NCBI GenBank assembly: GCA_035550535.1
Contig: DASZOX010000015.1
Span: forward strand, 1 to 47,459
Origin: Minisyncoccota bacterium
GTDB taxonomy: Bacteria; Patescibacteriota; Minisyncoccia; Phycocordibacterales; UBA9973
Reading direction: 5' to 3'
DNA length: 47,459 bases
Of the stretch, positions 16,509 to 25,390 are shown piece after piece (positions within the stretch are counted from its first letter, which is position 1; every line of letters starts with the position of its first letter). The notes under the pieces were generated by a model. That model searched no databases, was not told the origin of the DNA, and was given only the letters and a program-made list of their open reading frames with translations. The position numbers and the translations under genes were made by a program.

Positions 16509-18302
16509 ATGAATATGAAAAAATTTATTATTTCAATTGCAGTGCTTGCCTTCGCATCGGTGATGACTGTTTCGACAGCCCCTGCTCATGCGGGCGGGAC
16601 GTGTACGGTGATGAGCTTTACCGCTAGTCCTTCGACCGTTTCCTCAGGTGGCACTTCAACCGTAAGTTGGACGACTTCGGGGTGTGATACGGTGTCAATT
16701 ACTCCGTCTCAAAATCCTGACAACCGTCCTCCTTCAAGTAGCGTAAGTACTGGGGCATTGACCCAGACCACCACGTTTACCATTGTCGGACACACCGATT
16801 ATGGTGGTGTGAGTAGTCCTCAGTCGGTGACTATTACCGTCAGCGGTAGTGGGAGCGGCGGAGGTGGCACCAGCGGTGGTACATGTCAGCCGACTAGTTT
16901 CACTGCGCAGGAATACACTGTGCAGGCTGGTGACAGTACGGTCCTTCACTGGGACAGCCAGAACTGTGACACGGCTTCGATTGTGCCCGCGGATTACCCC
17001 GGTGATCGCCCTCCCTATGGGAGTATCGATACTGGTGCAATCGACCGAAGTACGGAATACACGCTCACCGTCTATGATGCCAACGGCAACATCGGTGGTC
17101 AGCGATTCCTTACCATCAATGTCGTAGGCTCTGGACAAGGTGGCAACAATTACTGTCAGGTCAGCAGCTTCTCTGCGAATCCTTCAAGTATTACGCAGGG
17201 CGGCTACAGTACCTTGCAGTGGAACACTTCAGGTAATGTCAGTTATGTCACTATCAGTGGTCTCTCTGGCAACCAGAATGCAAGTGGTTCAATCACGGTA
17301 AATCCGTATACGACCACTACCTATACCTTGAATGCGTATTGTAATGGCGGATCGAATCAGACAAGTTCAACCACGGTGTACGTCACCAATAATGGTGGTG
17401 GTTACTATGGATCGGCACCGCAAGCGATTACTACGGTAGCGACCGTGCTCAACGGTACAGAGGCGCAACTCAACGGTATTGCTATTCCCAATACCACGTA
17501 CGGCACGACTAATGCGTGGTTTGAGTGGGGTATCGGTACGTCGCTTGGCAACCGCACTGCGACGCAGTTCGTCTCAAGCGGCAATAGTTCGCAGTATTAC
17601 AATTCCCTTATCGCAGGGCTTGCCCCGGGAGCAACGTACTCATATCGAGCGGTTGTTCAGAATGCGAACGGCACTGCGTACGGCAGTGTAGTAACCTTCC
17701 GTACGACAACTCCTCCCCCACAAGTTGCGGTACACACGACTACCACAACGACGGCACACACCGTAGTGGTAGCCCAGAGCGCGCCGTCATCGCTTAAACT
17801 TTCAGTGGACAGCAGTGCTGACCACATGTGTATCGACGGAGAGATCGACTATACGATTACGTATCAGAACATCTCGAAGCAGGTACTCAAAGACGCAGTG
17901 TTGCAGTTCACTCTTCCAAAAGAAGTCACCTACCTGCAAAGTTCTGGCGGCAACTATAGTGTTGAAGATCGCACCATCACTATTCCTCTCGACGCTATTG
18001 AGGCAGGGGAACAGGGAGTCATCACGGTACGTGGTATGGTAAATAGTAGCGCAGCCAATGGGAGTCTTACGGTTGCCACTGCAACTATTGTTTACACCGA
18101 CGTGAAAACGCACGCACAAGAAGATGCGACCGCGTATGCCTTGGTGACCGCGACGAATGGTTGTCCTGTAGTTGGCGGAAGTGTGTTTGGGGTTGGGTCA
18201 TTCCTTCCCACCACGCTCCTCGGATGGCTCTTGCTTATCCTCGTCATCTTCGGACTCATCGTGCTCGGCCGACAATTGCGCAAGAAGAGCGATCAGAAAT
18301 AA
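16509..18302 (+). CDS. Cell-surface protein: signal peptide, three tandem Cys-containing Ig-like repeats, DUF11-like domain, C-terminal anchor
   Basis: Signal peptide MKKFIISIAVLAFASVMTVSTAPAHA. Three repeats of about 90 aa share C..(S/T)SF.A.P......G..(T/S)(V/L).W......C/V....I.P. Later, DGEIDYTITYQN...TLPKEVTYL resembles the 'conserved repeat domain' type. The C-terminus is LPTTL + hydrophobic span + RQLRKKSDQK. Confidence 0.8.
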   Translation: MNMKKFIISIAVLAFASVMTVSTAPAHAGGTCTVMSFTASPSTVSSGGTSTVSWTTSGCDTVSITPSQNPDNRPPSSSVSTGALTQTTTFTIVGHTDYGGVSSPQSVTITVSGSGSGGGGTSGGTCQPTSFTAQEYTVQAGDSTVLHWDSQNCDTASIVPADYPGDRPPYGSIDTGAIDRSTEYTLTVYDANGNIGGQRFLTINVVGSGQGGNNYCQVSSFSANPSSITQGGYSTLQWNTSGNVSYVTISGLSGNQNASGSITVNPYTTTTYTLNAYCNGGSNQTSSTTVYVTNNGGGYYGSAPQAITTVATVLNGTEAQLNGIAIPNTTYGTTNAWFEWGIGTSLGNRTATQFVSSGNSSQYYNSLIAGLAPGATYSYRAVVQNANGTAYGSVVTFRTTTPPPQVAVHTTTTTTAHTVVVAQSAPSSLKLSVDSSADHMCIDGEIDYTITYQNISKQVLKDAVLQFTLPKEVTYLQSSGGNYSVEDRTITIPLDAIEAGEQGVITVRGMVNSSAANGSLTVATATIVYTDVKTHAQEDATAYALVTATNGCPVVGGSVFGVGSFLPTTLLGWLLLILVIFGLIVLGRQLRKKSDQK

Positions 18303-18323
18303 TCTTCCTCTTTAGGATGAAAC

Positions 18324-18355
18324 AAAACCCCCACCTTTTGGTGGGGGTTTTGTGT
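18324..18355 (+). terminator. Rho-independent terminator
   Basis: AAAACCCCCACC-TTTT-GGTGGGGGTTTT (12 bp) followed by T-rich sequence. Confidence 0.75.
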
Positions 18356-18368
18356 TAAAATCCCTCTT

Positions 18369-18809
18369 ATGGAAAGGACCTTTGAGGAGTCAGAAGTGGA
18401 AGTGGTCGCTCAAGCGGTGCTCGCCGAACTTACCCCTTTTTCTAATCGAGCTACTGTAGTCGGATTAGTAGGGGAATTGGGTGTAGGGAAAACAACACTT
18501 ACCCAAGCGATAGGAAAGGCGTTGGGGATAAGTGATTCTCTCATAAGTCCCACATTTGTTATCGCGAAGTTTTATGAAACTACCGCACCGGTACCGTGGC
18601 GGCGACTCGCTCATATCGATGCCTATCGGATCGAGGAAGGAAACGAGCTCGATCCGCTCGGGTGGGATGCACTTCTTCGCGATCCACAAACACTCGTGAT
18701 CGTAGAGTGGCCCGATCGAATAAAAGGGCGCCTTCCCGCGGAGACTTCACTGTATGAACTCAGCCATGTTCCTCGCGGGCGACATATTAAACACCGCTCG
18801 TCATTATGA
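18369..18809 (+). CDS. tsaE: tRNA t6A37 biosynthesis ATPase TsaE (YjeE)
   Basis: P-loop GELGVGKTTLTQ, the SPTF motif and HIDAYR. It overlaps polA by 4 nt. Confidence 0.88.
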   Translation: MERTFEESEVEVVAQAVLAELTPFSNRATVVGLVGELGVGKTTLTQAIGKALGISDSLISPTFVIAKFYETTAPVPWRRLAHIDAYRIEEGNELDPLGWDALLRDPQTLVIVEWPDRIKGRLPAETSLYELSHVPRGRHIKHRSSL

Positions 18810-21172
18810 CTACTGCAGCTGCTTCAAAAAAACAACAACAAACACTCGTTATCCTTGATGCACATGCCATTATCCATCGCGCCTATCATGCGCTCCCGAG
18901 TTTTACCAATAGTACCGGGGCTCCTACCGGTGCACTCTATGGCATCGCCACCATGCTCCTTCGCATCATTGAGACCTTTGCACCCGACTACGTGGTGGCG
19001 GCGTATGACCTGCCCAAACCTACCTTCCGTCACGCTGCGTACACCGAGTATAAAAAGGGGAGGGCAAAAGCCGAAGATGATCTTGTTGCTCAGATCGAAA
19101 GCTCGCGCACACTTTTCGATGCGTTCGGTGTGCCTTGTGTCGATGCCGAAGGATTTGAGGCAGACGATATCATCGGGACGATAGTCGAGCGCTACAAAAA
19201 CGACGCCTCACTCCACGTCGTTATTGCTTCCGGTGATATGGACACGTTGCAATTGGTCAAGGGAAAGAAGGTTGAGGTGTTTACCCTCAAAAAAGGAGTT
19301 ACCGATACAGTCGTCTACGACGAGCGCGCGGTGGTTGACCGCTACGGATTTGCACCAAGATATCTCCCCGACTACAAAGGACTTCGAGGCGACCCTTCGG
19401 ATAATATTATCGGCGTCCCCGGCATAGGAGAAAAGACGGCAACCGCGATTATTCATACGTTCGGTACCATCGAAAAAATGTACGCGGCACTCAAAAAGAC
19501 GCCGCAGCAGGTCAAAGCCGCCGGGGTCTCTGACCGGTTGATCGAGGTATTAAAAGCACACGAAGACGATGCATTCTTTTCCAAAACACTCGCCACCATC
19601 CGCCGCGATGCTCCAGTAGCGTTTACGCTTCCTCAGCAGTCATACCGCGTCACCGTTGATGAAAAGAAGGTGCGTGAGCTAATTTCGCAGTATGAGTTTC
19701 GAAGTCTGCTCCCTCGGGTGGAAAAAGTGTTTGCGTTCAAAAAAGAAATGCCATCGGCACCCGTTGACACATCACTCTTGCGGCGCGCGGCGATAGGGTT
19801 GTGGTTGGGGTACTCCGAGCTCACTACTCCTTCTTATGAAGATGTGCTCAATCGCACGCATACGACATCACTCGACGCAGCGTATGAAGTCGTCGTGGAT
19901 GACTTGCGCAAAAAAGACCTCTTGGCCCTCTTTGAAAAAGTCGAAGTGCCACTCATACCACTCATCGACGCGATGCAGAAGTGGGGTATTATGATTGACC
20001 GAACATACTTTCGGGAATTGCAAAAGCAGCTCCAAGAAAAACTTTCGGCAATTGAAGCGGCTATCACTGACGAAACGCAGGTACCCATCAACCTCAATTC
20101 GCCAAAGCAGCTCTCTCATCTCCTCTTTGGGGTCCTCAAGCTCAAGCCGAAAGGGAAGGTAAAAGCAAGTGGCGCCTACAGCACCAATGCTGATGTGCTC
20201 GCGTCGCTGCACGATGCGCATCCTGTTGTGCCGCGCATTCTTCAGTATCGAGAGATTCAAAAGTTGCTCACAACGTATGTCGAGGCGCTCCTTGCACATG
20301 CTGACGAGAGTGGTTGTGTCCACGCAACGTTCTTGCAGGACGGAACGAGTACGGGGCGGTTTTCTTCCGTGGACCCCAACCTCCAAAACATTCCTATCAG
20401 AGGAGCATTCGGCAAAGACATCAGACACGGCTTTGTCGCACGCACAGGGCACGTGTTTATCGGGAGTGATTATTCACAAATCGAACTGCGGGTACTCGCC
20501 ATACTCTCCGGCGATGCGCGACTCATCGCAACGTTCGCACGCGGCGAAGATATTCATACACGTGTTGCTGCGGAAATGTTTGGTATTGCGCCGGAAGCGG
20601 TGACGCCAGACATGCGCCGTAAGGCAAAAGTGATCAACTTCGGCATCCTCTACGGTATGGGCATCAATGCATTGCAAAAAAACCTTGGGTCAACGCGACA
20701 AGAAGCAGCTTCACACTACGAACGCTACTTTGCGACATTTCCCACTGTTGCAGCCTATCTCGAACATACCAAAGCCTTTGCGCGTACTCACGGGTATACC
20801 CAAACCCTCTTTGGACGTCGGCGCTATTTCCCCGGCATCAATGCACCAACACCGTTTGTTCGTTCGATAGCGGAGCGCATGGCGACGAATGCCCCGTTGC
20901 AAGGAACGAATGCAGACATTATCAAAATCGCAATCGCGCTCATCGATCATGACCTCAAAGAAAAGGGTATCGCTGAGGCTGTGCACCTCACTCTCCAAGT
21001 GCACGACGAATTGGTGTACGAAGTAGAAGATCGAGTAAAAGAGCAGGCAAAGGCGATCATCGCAGAGGCGATGACCCACGTCTTTGCTCGTAGCCCCATC
21101 GCTATCCCTATTCCTGAGGTGCCGCTTGAGGTGGCGATCGGGGAAGGAGACCGGCTCGATGCACTTAAGTAA
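18806..21172 (+). CDS. polA: DNA polymerase I (5' nuclease + polymerase; reduced middle region)
   Basis: N-terminal 5'-3' exonuclease domain (LDAHAIIHRAYHA, GDPSDNIIGVPGIGEKTA). Polymerase motif A DYSQIELRVLA, motif B RRKAKVINFGILYGM and motif C QVHDELV are present. Confidence 0.96.
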   Translation: MTTAAASKKQQQTLVILDAHAIIHRAYHALPSFTNSTGAPTGALYGIATMLLRIIETFAPDYVVAAYDLPKPTFRHAAYTEYKKGRAKAEDDLVAQIESSRTLFDAFGVPCVDAEGFEADDIIGTIVERYKNDASLHVVIASGDMDTLQLVKGKKVEVFTLKKGVTDTVVYDERAVVDRYGFAPRYLPDYKGLRGDPSDNIIGVPGIGEKTATAIIHTFGTIEKMYAALKKTPQQVKAAGVSDRLIEVLKAHEDDAFFSKTLATIRRDAPVAFTLPQQSYRVTVDEKKVRELISQYEFRSLLPRVEKVFAFKKEMPSAPVDTSLLRRAAIGLWLGYSELTTPSYEDVLNRTHTTSLDAAYEVVVDDLRKKDLLALFEKVEVPLIPLIDAMQKWGIMIDRTYFRELQKQLQEKLSAIEAAITDETQVPINLNSPKQLSHLLFGVLKLKPKGKVKASGAYSTNADVLASLHDAHPVVPRILQYREIQKLLTTYVEALLAHADESGCVHATFLQDGTSTGRFSSVDPNLQNIPIRGAFGKDIRHGFVARTGHVFIGSDYSQIELRVLAILSGDARLIATFARGEDIHTRVAAEMFGIAPEAVTPDMRRKAKVINFGILYGMGINALQKNLGSTRQEAASHYERYFATFPTVAAYLEHTKAFARTHGYTQTLFGRRRYFPGINAPTPFVRSIAERMATNAPLQGTNADIIKIAIALIDHDLKEKGIAEAVHLTLQVHDELVYEVEDRVKEQAKAIIAEAMTHVFARSPIAIPIPEVPLEVAIGEGDRLDALK

Positions 21173-21191
21173 AAGGGTATACTAGAGGAGT

Positions 21192-21644
21192 ATGGATACT
21201 CTATCACTGCATACCGCGCTTGCTCGCTCGTATCTCATGTATTTTTTATGGAGTAGTATTGGGCTGTTTGTGGACAGTCTCGTTGGGGTTTCCGTCTCTA
21301 TTCCTTTTGCCCACGCCATCGGCTTTTACTGTTTTGTAGTGGGGTCGTTTTTGATTGTGTGGGCGCAATACACTTCTCGCCATCACGGTACTCCGAGGGG
21401 TGAAAAGTACCCGCCATACTTTTCACGCGGCCCCTATCGCTTCATCCGCAATCCTACGCAGTGTGGCATATTGCTCGTGGTGCTCGGCTATACCGCGCTC
21501 AGCGGGTCGATCATCTTTTTTGCGATTACTCTTGTAGGCTACATACTCTCGAATATTTTTTTTCGCCGCTATGAAAGAGTGCTCGGTGCAACCTATAAGG
21601 ATGTCTATACCCACTACCAGAAAGACGTTCCAAAAATTTTTTAA
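21192..21644 (+). CDS. Isoprenylcysteine carboxyl / phospholipid methyltransferase family membrane protein
   Basis: Multi-TM protein with GPYRFIRNPTQCGILLVVLG (ICMT/PEMT-type G.Y..vR.P.Y motif). Confidence 0.75.
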   Translation: MDTLSLHTALARSYLMYFLWSSIGLFVDSLVGVSVSIPFAHAIGFYCFVVGSFLIVWAQYTSRHHGTPRGEKYPPYFSRGPYRFIRNPTQCGILLVVLGYTALSGSIIFFAITLVGYILSNIFFRRYERVLGATYKDVYTHYQKDVPKIF

Positions 21645-22262
21645 ATGCTTTTCCTCATTGCTTCTGACAATCGCACATTTCGCTCGACACACATTGCTCC
21701 TCTCCAAGGAGCGCTGGAGCTGATCGTCTATGACGATACGTATGGCACGCTCGCCGAGCTCGAGCAGTACGCCTATCCATCACTGTTCAATGCTGTCGCA
21801 CCAATGGTGCTCGTCAAGTTTATGCTCACCGACACTATCGAAGCACCATCGCTTCCCTTTCTCAAAAAACTACTGGCGAGCCCTACTACTTTTATTTTTG
21901 AAGAGCTCACCGTTGCCTCATCGGTGGTCACCGCGTTTAAGAAAGCAGGAGCGGTGGTGGAAGTGGATGAAAAACGTCCATCGGCAAAAAAAGAAGCGCC
22001 GCTTTTTTCGGTAACAGGATGTATTACGGCCGCCGATAAAAAAACTCGATGGATGACCTATCGCAGTGCGCTGGAGACTTATGCGGTCGAGGCAATTGTC
22101 GGAGTCTTGTACTGGAAAGTACGCGATCTCATTGCCAAGCAACCACACATCCGCAATCGCTATCGAGTGCTCTATGAGGCATTGATCACTGCACACATGC
22201 AGGCGTGGGAGAAGGGCATACCACTCGAACTTGCTATCGAAAGAGTGATCCTAGAGCAGTAG
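21645..22262 (+). CDS. Hypothetical protein, possibly a short DNA polymerase III delta (HolA)-like subunit
   Basis: The weak by-eye pattern fits HolA: SLFNAVAPMVLVKF, LKKLLASPTTFIFEE...KKAGAVVEV, LFSVTGCITAADKKTRWMTYRSAL...GVLYWKVRDLI. At 205 aa it is shorter than normal HolA. Confidence 0.35.
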   Translation: MLFLIASDNRTFRSTHIAPLQGALELIVYDDTYGTLAELEQYAYPSLFNAVAPMVLVKFMLTDTIEAPSLPFLKKLLASPTTFIFEELTVASSVVTAFKKAGAVVEVDEKRPSAKKEAPLFSVTGCITAADKKTRWMTYRSALETYAVEAIVGVLYWKVRDLIAKQPHIRNRYRVLYEALITAHMQAWEKGIPLELAIERVILEQ

Positions 22263-22291
22263 TCTTTGGAGACGGAGTTAAAAAAGAGAAA

Positions 22292-22318
22292 AGCTCCTTT
22301 TTTGTGAGGAGCTTTTTT
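22292..22318. terminator. Bidirectional terminator between convergent genes
   Basis: AGCTCCT-TTTTTGTG-AGGAGCT, with an A-run before it and a T-run after it. Confidence 0.6.
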
Positions 22319-22437
22319 ATATATAGAGTTTTAGATTAAAAAATTTTTAATGTGCTTTCACTAAGAACTAAATTTGGGTGCCGTACCACACTGACTTAGG
22401 TAAAGCGCTGAATGAACTTCTGATAGAGATTATAAAG

Positions 22438-22965
22438 TTATTTTGCCGTCTCGACAATGGATGCTTGTGGATAACTCTTGGCGATGAGCGGAAGGAGTAT
22501 TCCTGCAAGGAGTACCGTCGCCGACATCATGGGAATGGTGATGTAGCCAAAGACGTGCACGTAGCGCATCAAACACGAGGGGCCGGTCGCGCCGCACACA
22601 TCGAGTCCCGAAGGAAATATATCAATGTAATTGTGCAGAAACGCTATCAAAAATCCTCCCGACGCAAAGAGAAGTACCTGTGTGCGCAGCAGCGCACTTT
22701 TCCACAGATTGCCGGTAAAAGCGAGTATACCGATACCAAATATCGCGATGCGCTGGTACCAGCACAAGAGGCACGGCGCATAGCCAAATCCGTATTCATA
22801 TAGCAAGCTCCCTGCAATTGCCCCAACAAAAATAATGCGGAGTGCAAGCGATGCGTAAGGAGCGACCTTTGAAAGAAAGGAGGCTTGGGTAAGGAGTGCT
22901 ATGAGGACAATGACGATGAGGAGCTGGAGAATGATCGTGCCGATGGCGAGGATGGCGGTAAACAT
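22438..22965 (-). CDS. Disulfide bond formation protein, DsbB/BdbC family
   Basis: From the internal ATG 22965 the protein reads MFTAILAIGTIILQ... It is multi-TM, with CLLCWYQR (CxxC in the first loop) and a second Cys pair (CGATGPSC). The upstream part of track ORF 22438..23250 overlaps the thioredoxin-like gene and is rejected. Confidence 0.8.
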   Translation of the reverse strand: MFTAILAIGTIILQLLIVIVLIALLTQASFLSKVAPYASLALRIIFVGAIAGSLLYEYGFGYAPCLLCWYQRIAIFGIGILAFTGNLWKSALLRTQVLLFASGGFLIAFLHNYIDIFPSGLDVCGATGPSCLMRYVHVFGYITIPMMSATVLLAGILLPLIAKSYPQASIVETAK

Positions 22966-22969
22966 ACGA

Positions 22970-23350
22970 TTATTGGGGAAGGGTGCAGTTGGTACGATCG
23001 GCGAGTGTTTGCAATGTCTGCTCACCAGTGAGCTGGGTGCCGTCGGGGAAGCGCCATGTGGGGTAGCCTTGGATACCTGCATCGTTACACACAGGGAGTT
23101 GTCCGTTGCCGCTCGGTTCGGAGCACTCGATGTAGGGGAGGTACTTTGCCGATTTACCAAACATTGCTTTGGTCGCCTGGCAGTGCGGACACCAAAATGC
23201 CCCGTACATTTTCGTCCCGCTCGCGGCAATGCACTGTGCGAGCGCATCATACTTACCAGGTTTTCTCGCTTGCAGCACTAAAAAAGTAACGAGTCCTCCA
23301 ATGACTACAATACTTCCCACAGCCCACCATACCCATTGTTTCTTTTTCAT
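22970..23350 (-). CDS. Membrane-anchored thioredoxin-fold protein (CPHC)
   Basis: N-terminal TM anchor, then GAFWCPHCQATKAMF and GYPTW, typical of the thioredoxin-like partner domains of VKOR/DsbB systems. It ends 4 nt upstream of the DsbB-type gene. Confidence 0.75.
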   Translation of the reverse strand: MKKKQWVWWAVGSIVVIGGLVTFLVLQARKPGKYDALAQCIAASGTKMYGAFWCPHCQATKAMFGKSAKYLPYIECSEPSGNGQLPVCNDAGIQGYPTWRFPDGTQLTGEQTLQTLADRTNCTLPQ

Positions 23351-23356
23351 ACTCTA

Positions 23357-23788
23357 TTACGGTATCGCGCGAGCACATTTTTTGCAAGTGCCAAAAAATG
23401 AAAGTGCGTGACTGCGCACCGCTGTGAACTTTTTTGCTTTGTGCAATGCTTGAATGTCTGCATTTTTTAGACACAACGTGATCGGTTCGATTGTCTGGCA
23501 ATGGGTGCACACGACATAGTGCGCGTGCGATGGGGTATCGGTGAGTGCAAATGATGCCTTGTCTTCAAAGAGGGAGAGTTTTGTCACAATCCCTTTGTCG
23601 GTGAGAGTACGGAGTGTGCGGTAGCAGGTGGCCGTATCGGCGATGCGCCGCATCTGACGAGCGATCTCCTCTGCAGTACGTGGGGCAGTAGCTTTTTGGA
23701 GGAGCGTCACGATAGCAATGCGGATGTTTGTCACTTTGAGCCCGTGGGTACGCAGGAGTGTGAGAGCAGTAGGGAGTGATTTTTTCAT
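23357..23788 (-). CDS. Fur family transcriptional regulator (probably Zur-like)
   Basis: Winged-helix N-terminus (RIAIVTLL...TAEEIA), CTHC...x36...CKKC zinc site, 143 aa. It is divergent from a ZIP zinc transporter. Confidence 0.85.
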   Translation of the reverse strand: MKKSLPTALTLLRTHGLKVTNIRIAIVTLLQKATAPRTAEEIARQMRRIADTATCYRTLRTLTDKGIVTKLSLFEDKASFALTDTPSHAHYVVCTHCQTIEPITLCLKNADIQALHKAKKFTAVRSHALSFFGTCKKCARAIP

Positions 23789-23804
23789 AAGGCAAGGAAG
23801 TATT

Positions 23805-23833
23805 ATTGCAAATGATTTGCATCTAGAGTATAC
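23805..23833 (+). promoter_or_regulatory. Promoter of the ZIP transporter gene overlapped by a perfect 7-1-7 palindromic operator
   Basis: TTGCAA (23805-23810), 17-nt spacer, then TATACT (23828-23833). The palindrome TGCAAAT-G-ATTTGCA (23806-23820) has Fur/Zur-box 7-1-7 architecture and covers the -35 element and spacer. Confidence 0.55.
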
Positions 23834-23857
23834 TCGCTAAAAAAATATATTCAACCC

Positions 23858-24601
23858 ATGCACTACGAACTCATCATCACTATCGCGGTTGCCACTGGAC
23901 TCGCCACTATGGTCGGCGGGCTCTTTGCGTTGCGCTTCAAGGATAAACTCCATCTCATACTCGGGTTCTCTGCAGGGGCGGTGATAGCGGTTGCTTTTTT
24001 TGATCTCCTGCCCGAAGCGATTTCGTTGGGTGCGGATACTTTTTCTGCAGCGACCATCATCACGTTTGCGGCGGTGGGGTTCTTTGCTTTCATGGTGCTC
24101 GATCGGTTTGTCTTTTTTCACGGCTGCGCAACCGAAGGACACCATCATGACCATACGGGAAATAACGGAAAGGGAAATGCAGGGGCGGGAACATTGTCGC
24201 TCCACAGTTTTCTCGACGGACTTGCGATCGGGCTTTCGTTCCAAGTGTCCGTTGCAGTCGGTGCGATTGTTACCGCAGCCGTACTCACGCATGACTTCTC
24301 GGACGGTATCAACACCGTGAACCTCGTCGTGAAAAATGGTGGTGACAAGACGCGAGCACTGCGTTGGCTCATTGTCGATGCAGGAGCGCCGATAATAGGT
24401 ATCATTGCAACCTTTTTCTTCCACGTCCCCGAAGCGACACTCGGCATCATTCTCGCGCTGTTCTCTGGATTCTTCCTCTATATTGGTGCGAGCGATCTTT
24501 TGCCCGAAAGCCATCATGCCCATCCGACCGTCTGGACGACTATCGCGACACTCCTTGGTGTACTTGTTTTGTACGGAGCGATTTATCTAGCGAGAATATA
24601 A
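23858..24601 (+). CDS. zupT: ZIP family metal (zinc) transporter, ZupT-like
   Basis: Multi-TM protein with a His-rich loop (EGHHHDH), HSFLDGLAIG and HDFSDG motifs. Confidence 0.88.
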   Translation: MHYELIITIAVATGLATMVGGLFALRFKDKLHLILGFSAGAVIAVAFFDLLPEAISLGADTFSAATIITFAAVGFFAFMVLDRFVFFHGCATEGHHHDHTGNNGKGNAGAGTLSLHSFLDGLAIGLSFQVSVAVGAIVTAAVLTHDFSDGINTVNLVVKNGGDKTRALRWLIVDAGAPIIGIIATFFFHVPEATLGIILALFSGFFLYIGASDLLPESHHAHPTVWTTIATLLGVLVLYGAIYLARI

Positions 24602-24621
24602 GTTCTTTCCTCATCTCTTTC

Positions 24622-24648
24622 AAGATATCATACAATGATATCTTTTTT
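24622..24648 (+). terminator. Rho-independent terminator of the ZIP transporter gene
   Basis: AAGATATCA-TACAA-TGATATCTT followed by TTTT. Confidence 0.6.
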
Positions 24649-24653
24649 CAATT

Positions 24654-24681
24654 AAAAAACCGATCGAATAGTTAGATCGGT
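24654..24681 (-). terminator. Rho-independent terminator of the 24691..25194 gene
   Basis: On the minus strand: ACCGATC-TAACTATTC-GATCGGT followed by TTTTTT. Confidence 0.6.
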
Positions 24682-24690
24682 TTCAATGTG

Positions 24691-25194
24691 TTAGTTTAAA
24701 GACGGGTCCTCTGGTAACGGGAGCAGATCAATCAATGCATGTAAGCTCGCCGTGTCTTTCTCTGAAAGACACCCCCTGCGCTGAAGATAGGTTACATATA
24801 CTAACCCTTCGGATTTGAATCGAAACGGTAGACTTACTATCTCACCGTTGCCGTTATAGATATACGCGTGAGGTGTTTTTATATCGCAGTTACACATTTC
24901 CGTATAAGGGTTTTCAATTTTCTCCTCGTGAAGGTTGTCACCAAACAGTGCGGAATTAAGTGCTCTGGTGAAAGAAGAGAAACCTGCTGGGACACTGGGC
25001 ATATCCTTTGCGAGCACGATCTGTTCTATAAAAACATCCTGCTCTTCTTTGGATATTTTTCCCTTTGCATAACAATCGCGAATAGCGCCAAGCGCTTCCT
25101 CCTTGGTATCAAAATCCAAAGATTCGAATCCTGTTTTGAATTTAATAGAGGCTGTCTTACCATTTTCTGAAAAAACAAGTTGATTACCTTCCAT
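24691..25194 (-). CDS. Hypothetical protein (167 aa)
   Basis: Clean ORF with its own terminator. No recognisable motif. Confidence 0.6.
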   Translation of the reverse strand: MEGNQLVFSENGKTASIKFKTGFESLDFDTKEEALGAIRDCYAKGKISKEEQDVFIEQIVLAKDMPSVPAGFSSFTRALNSALFGDNLHEEKIENPYTEMCNCDIKTPHAYIYNGNGEIVSLPFRFKSEGLVYVTYLQRRGCLSEKDTASLHALIDLLPLPEDPSLN

Positions 25195-25390
25195 CCATTT
25201 TTTTTCTTCATTCTATCGTTCAAACTTGTTTTGTCAATTATATATATCGATACAATTTTTAATTTAGAAGATTATCTCTTTATAACAATGACAGAGAAAA
25301 AGCCCTTGTTAGGGCTGTCTCTCTCGAGCATTTTTTAGACCACCATACGTTTCATGGAATCTTCATGGAGAATGGTGTAGTATCCTCAAT

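Noticed and set aside
22966-23250. N-terminal extension of the DsbB-type ORF (track start at 23250)
   Set aside because: It overlaps the thioredoxin-like gene in another frame and is Arg/Ser/Pro-rich junk. The membrane protein begins at ATG 22965.
25290-25330. Imperfect hairpin AGCCC-TTGTTA-GGGCT with flanking A/T runs upstream of the response regulator gene
   Set aside because: It looks like a minus-strand terminator, but no minus-strand gene reads into it. It could be an insulator or 5'-UTR structure. There is too little evidence to call it.
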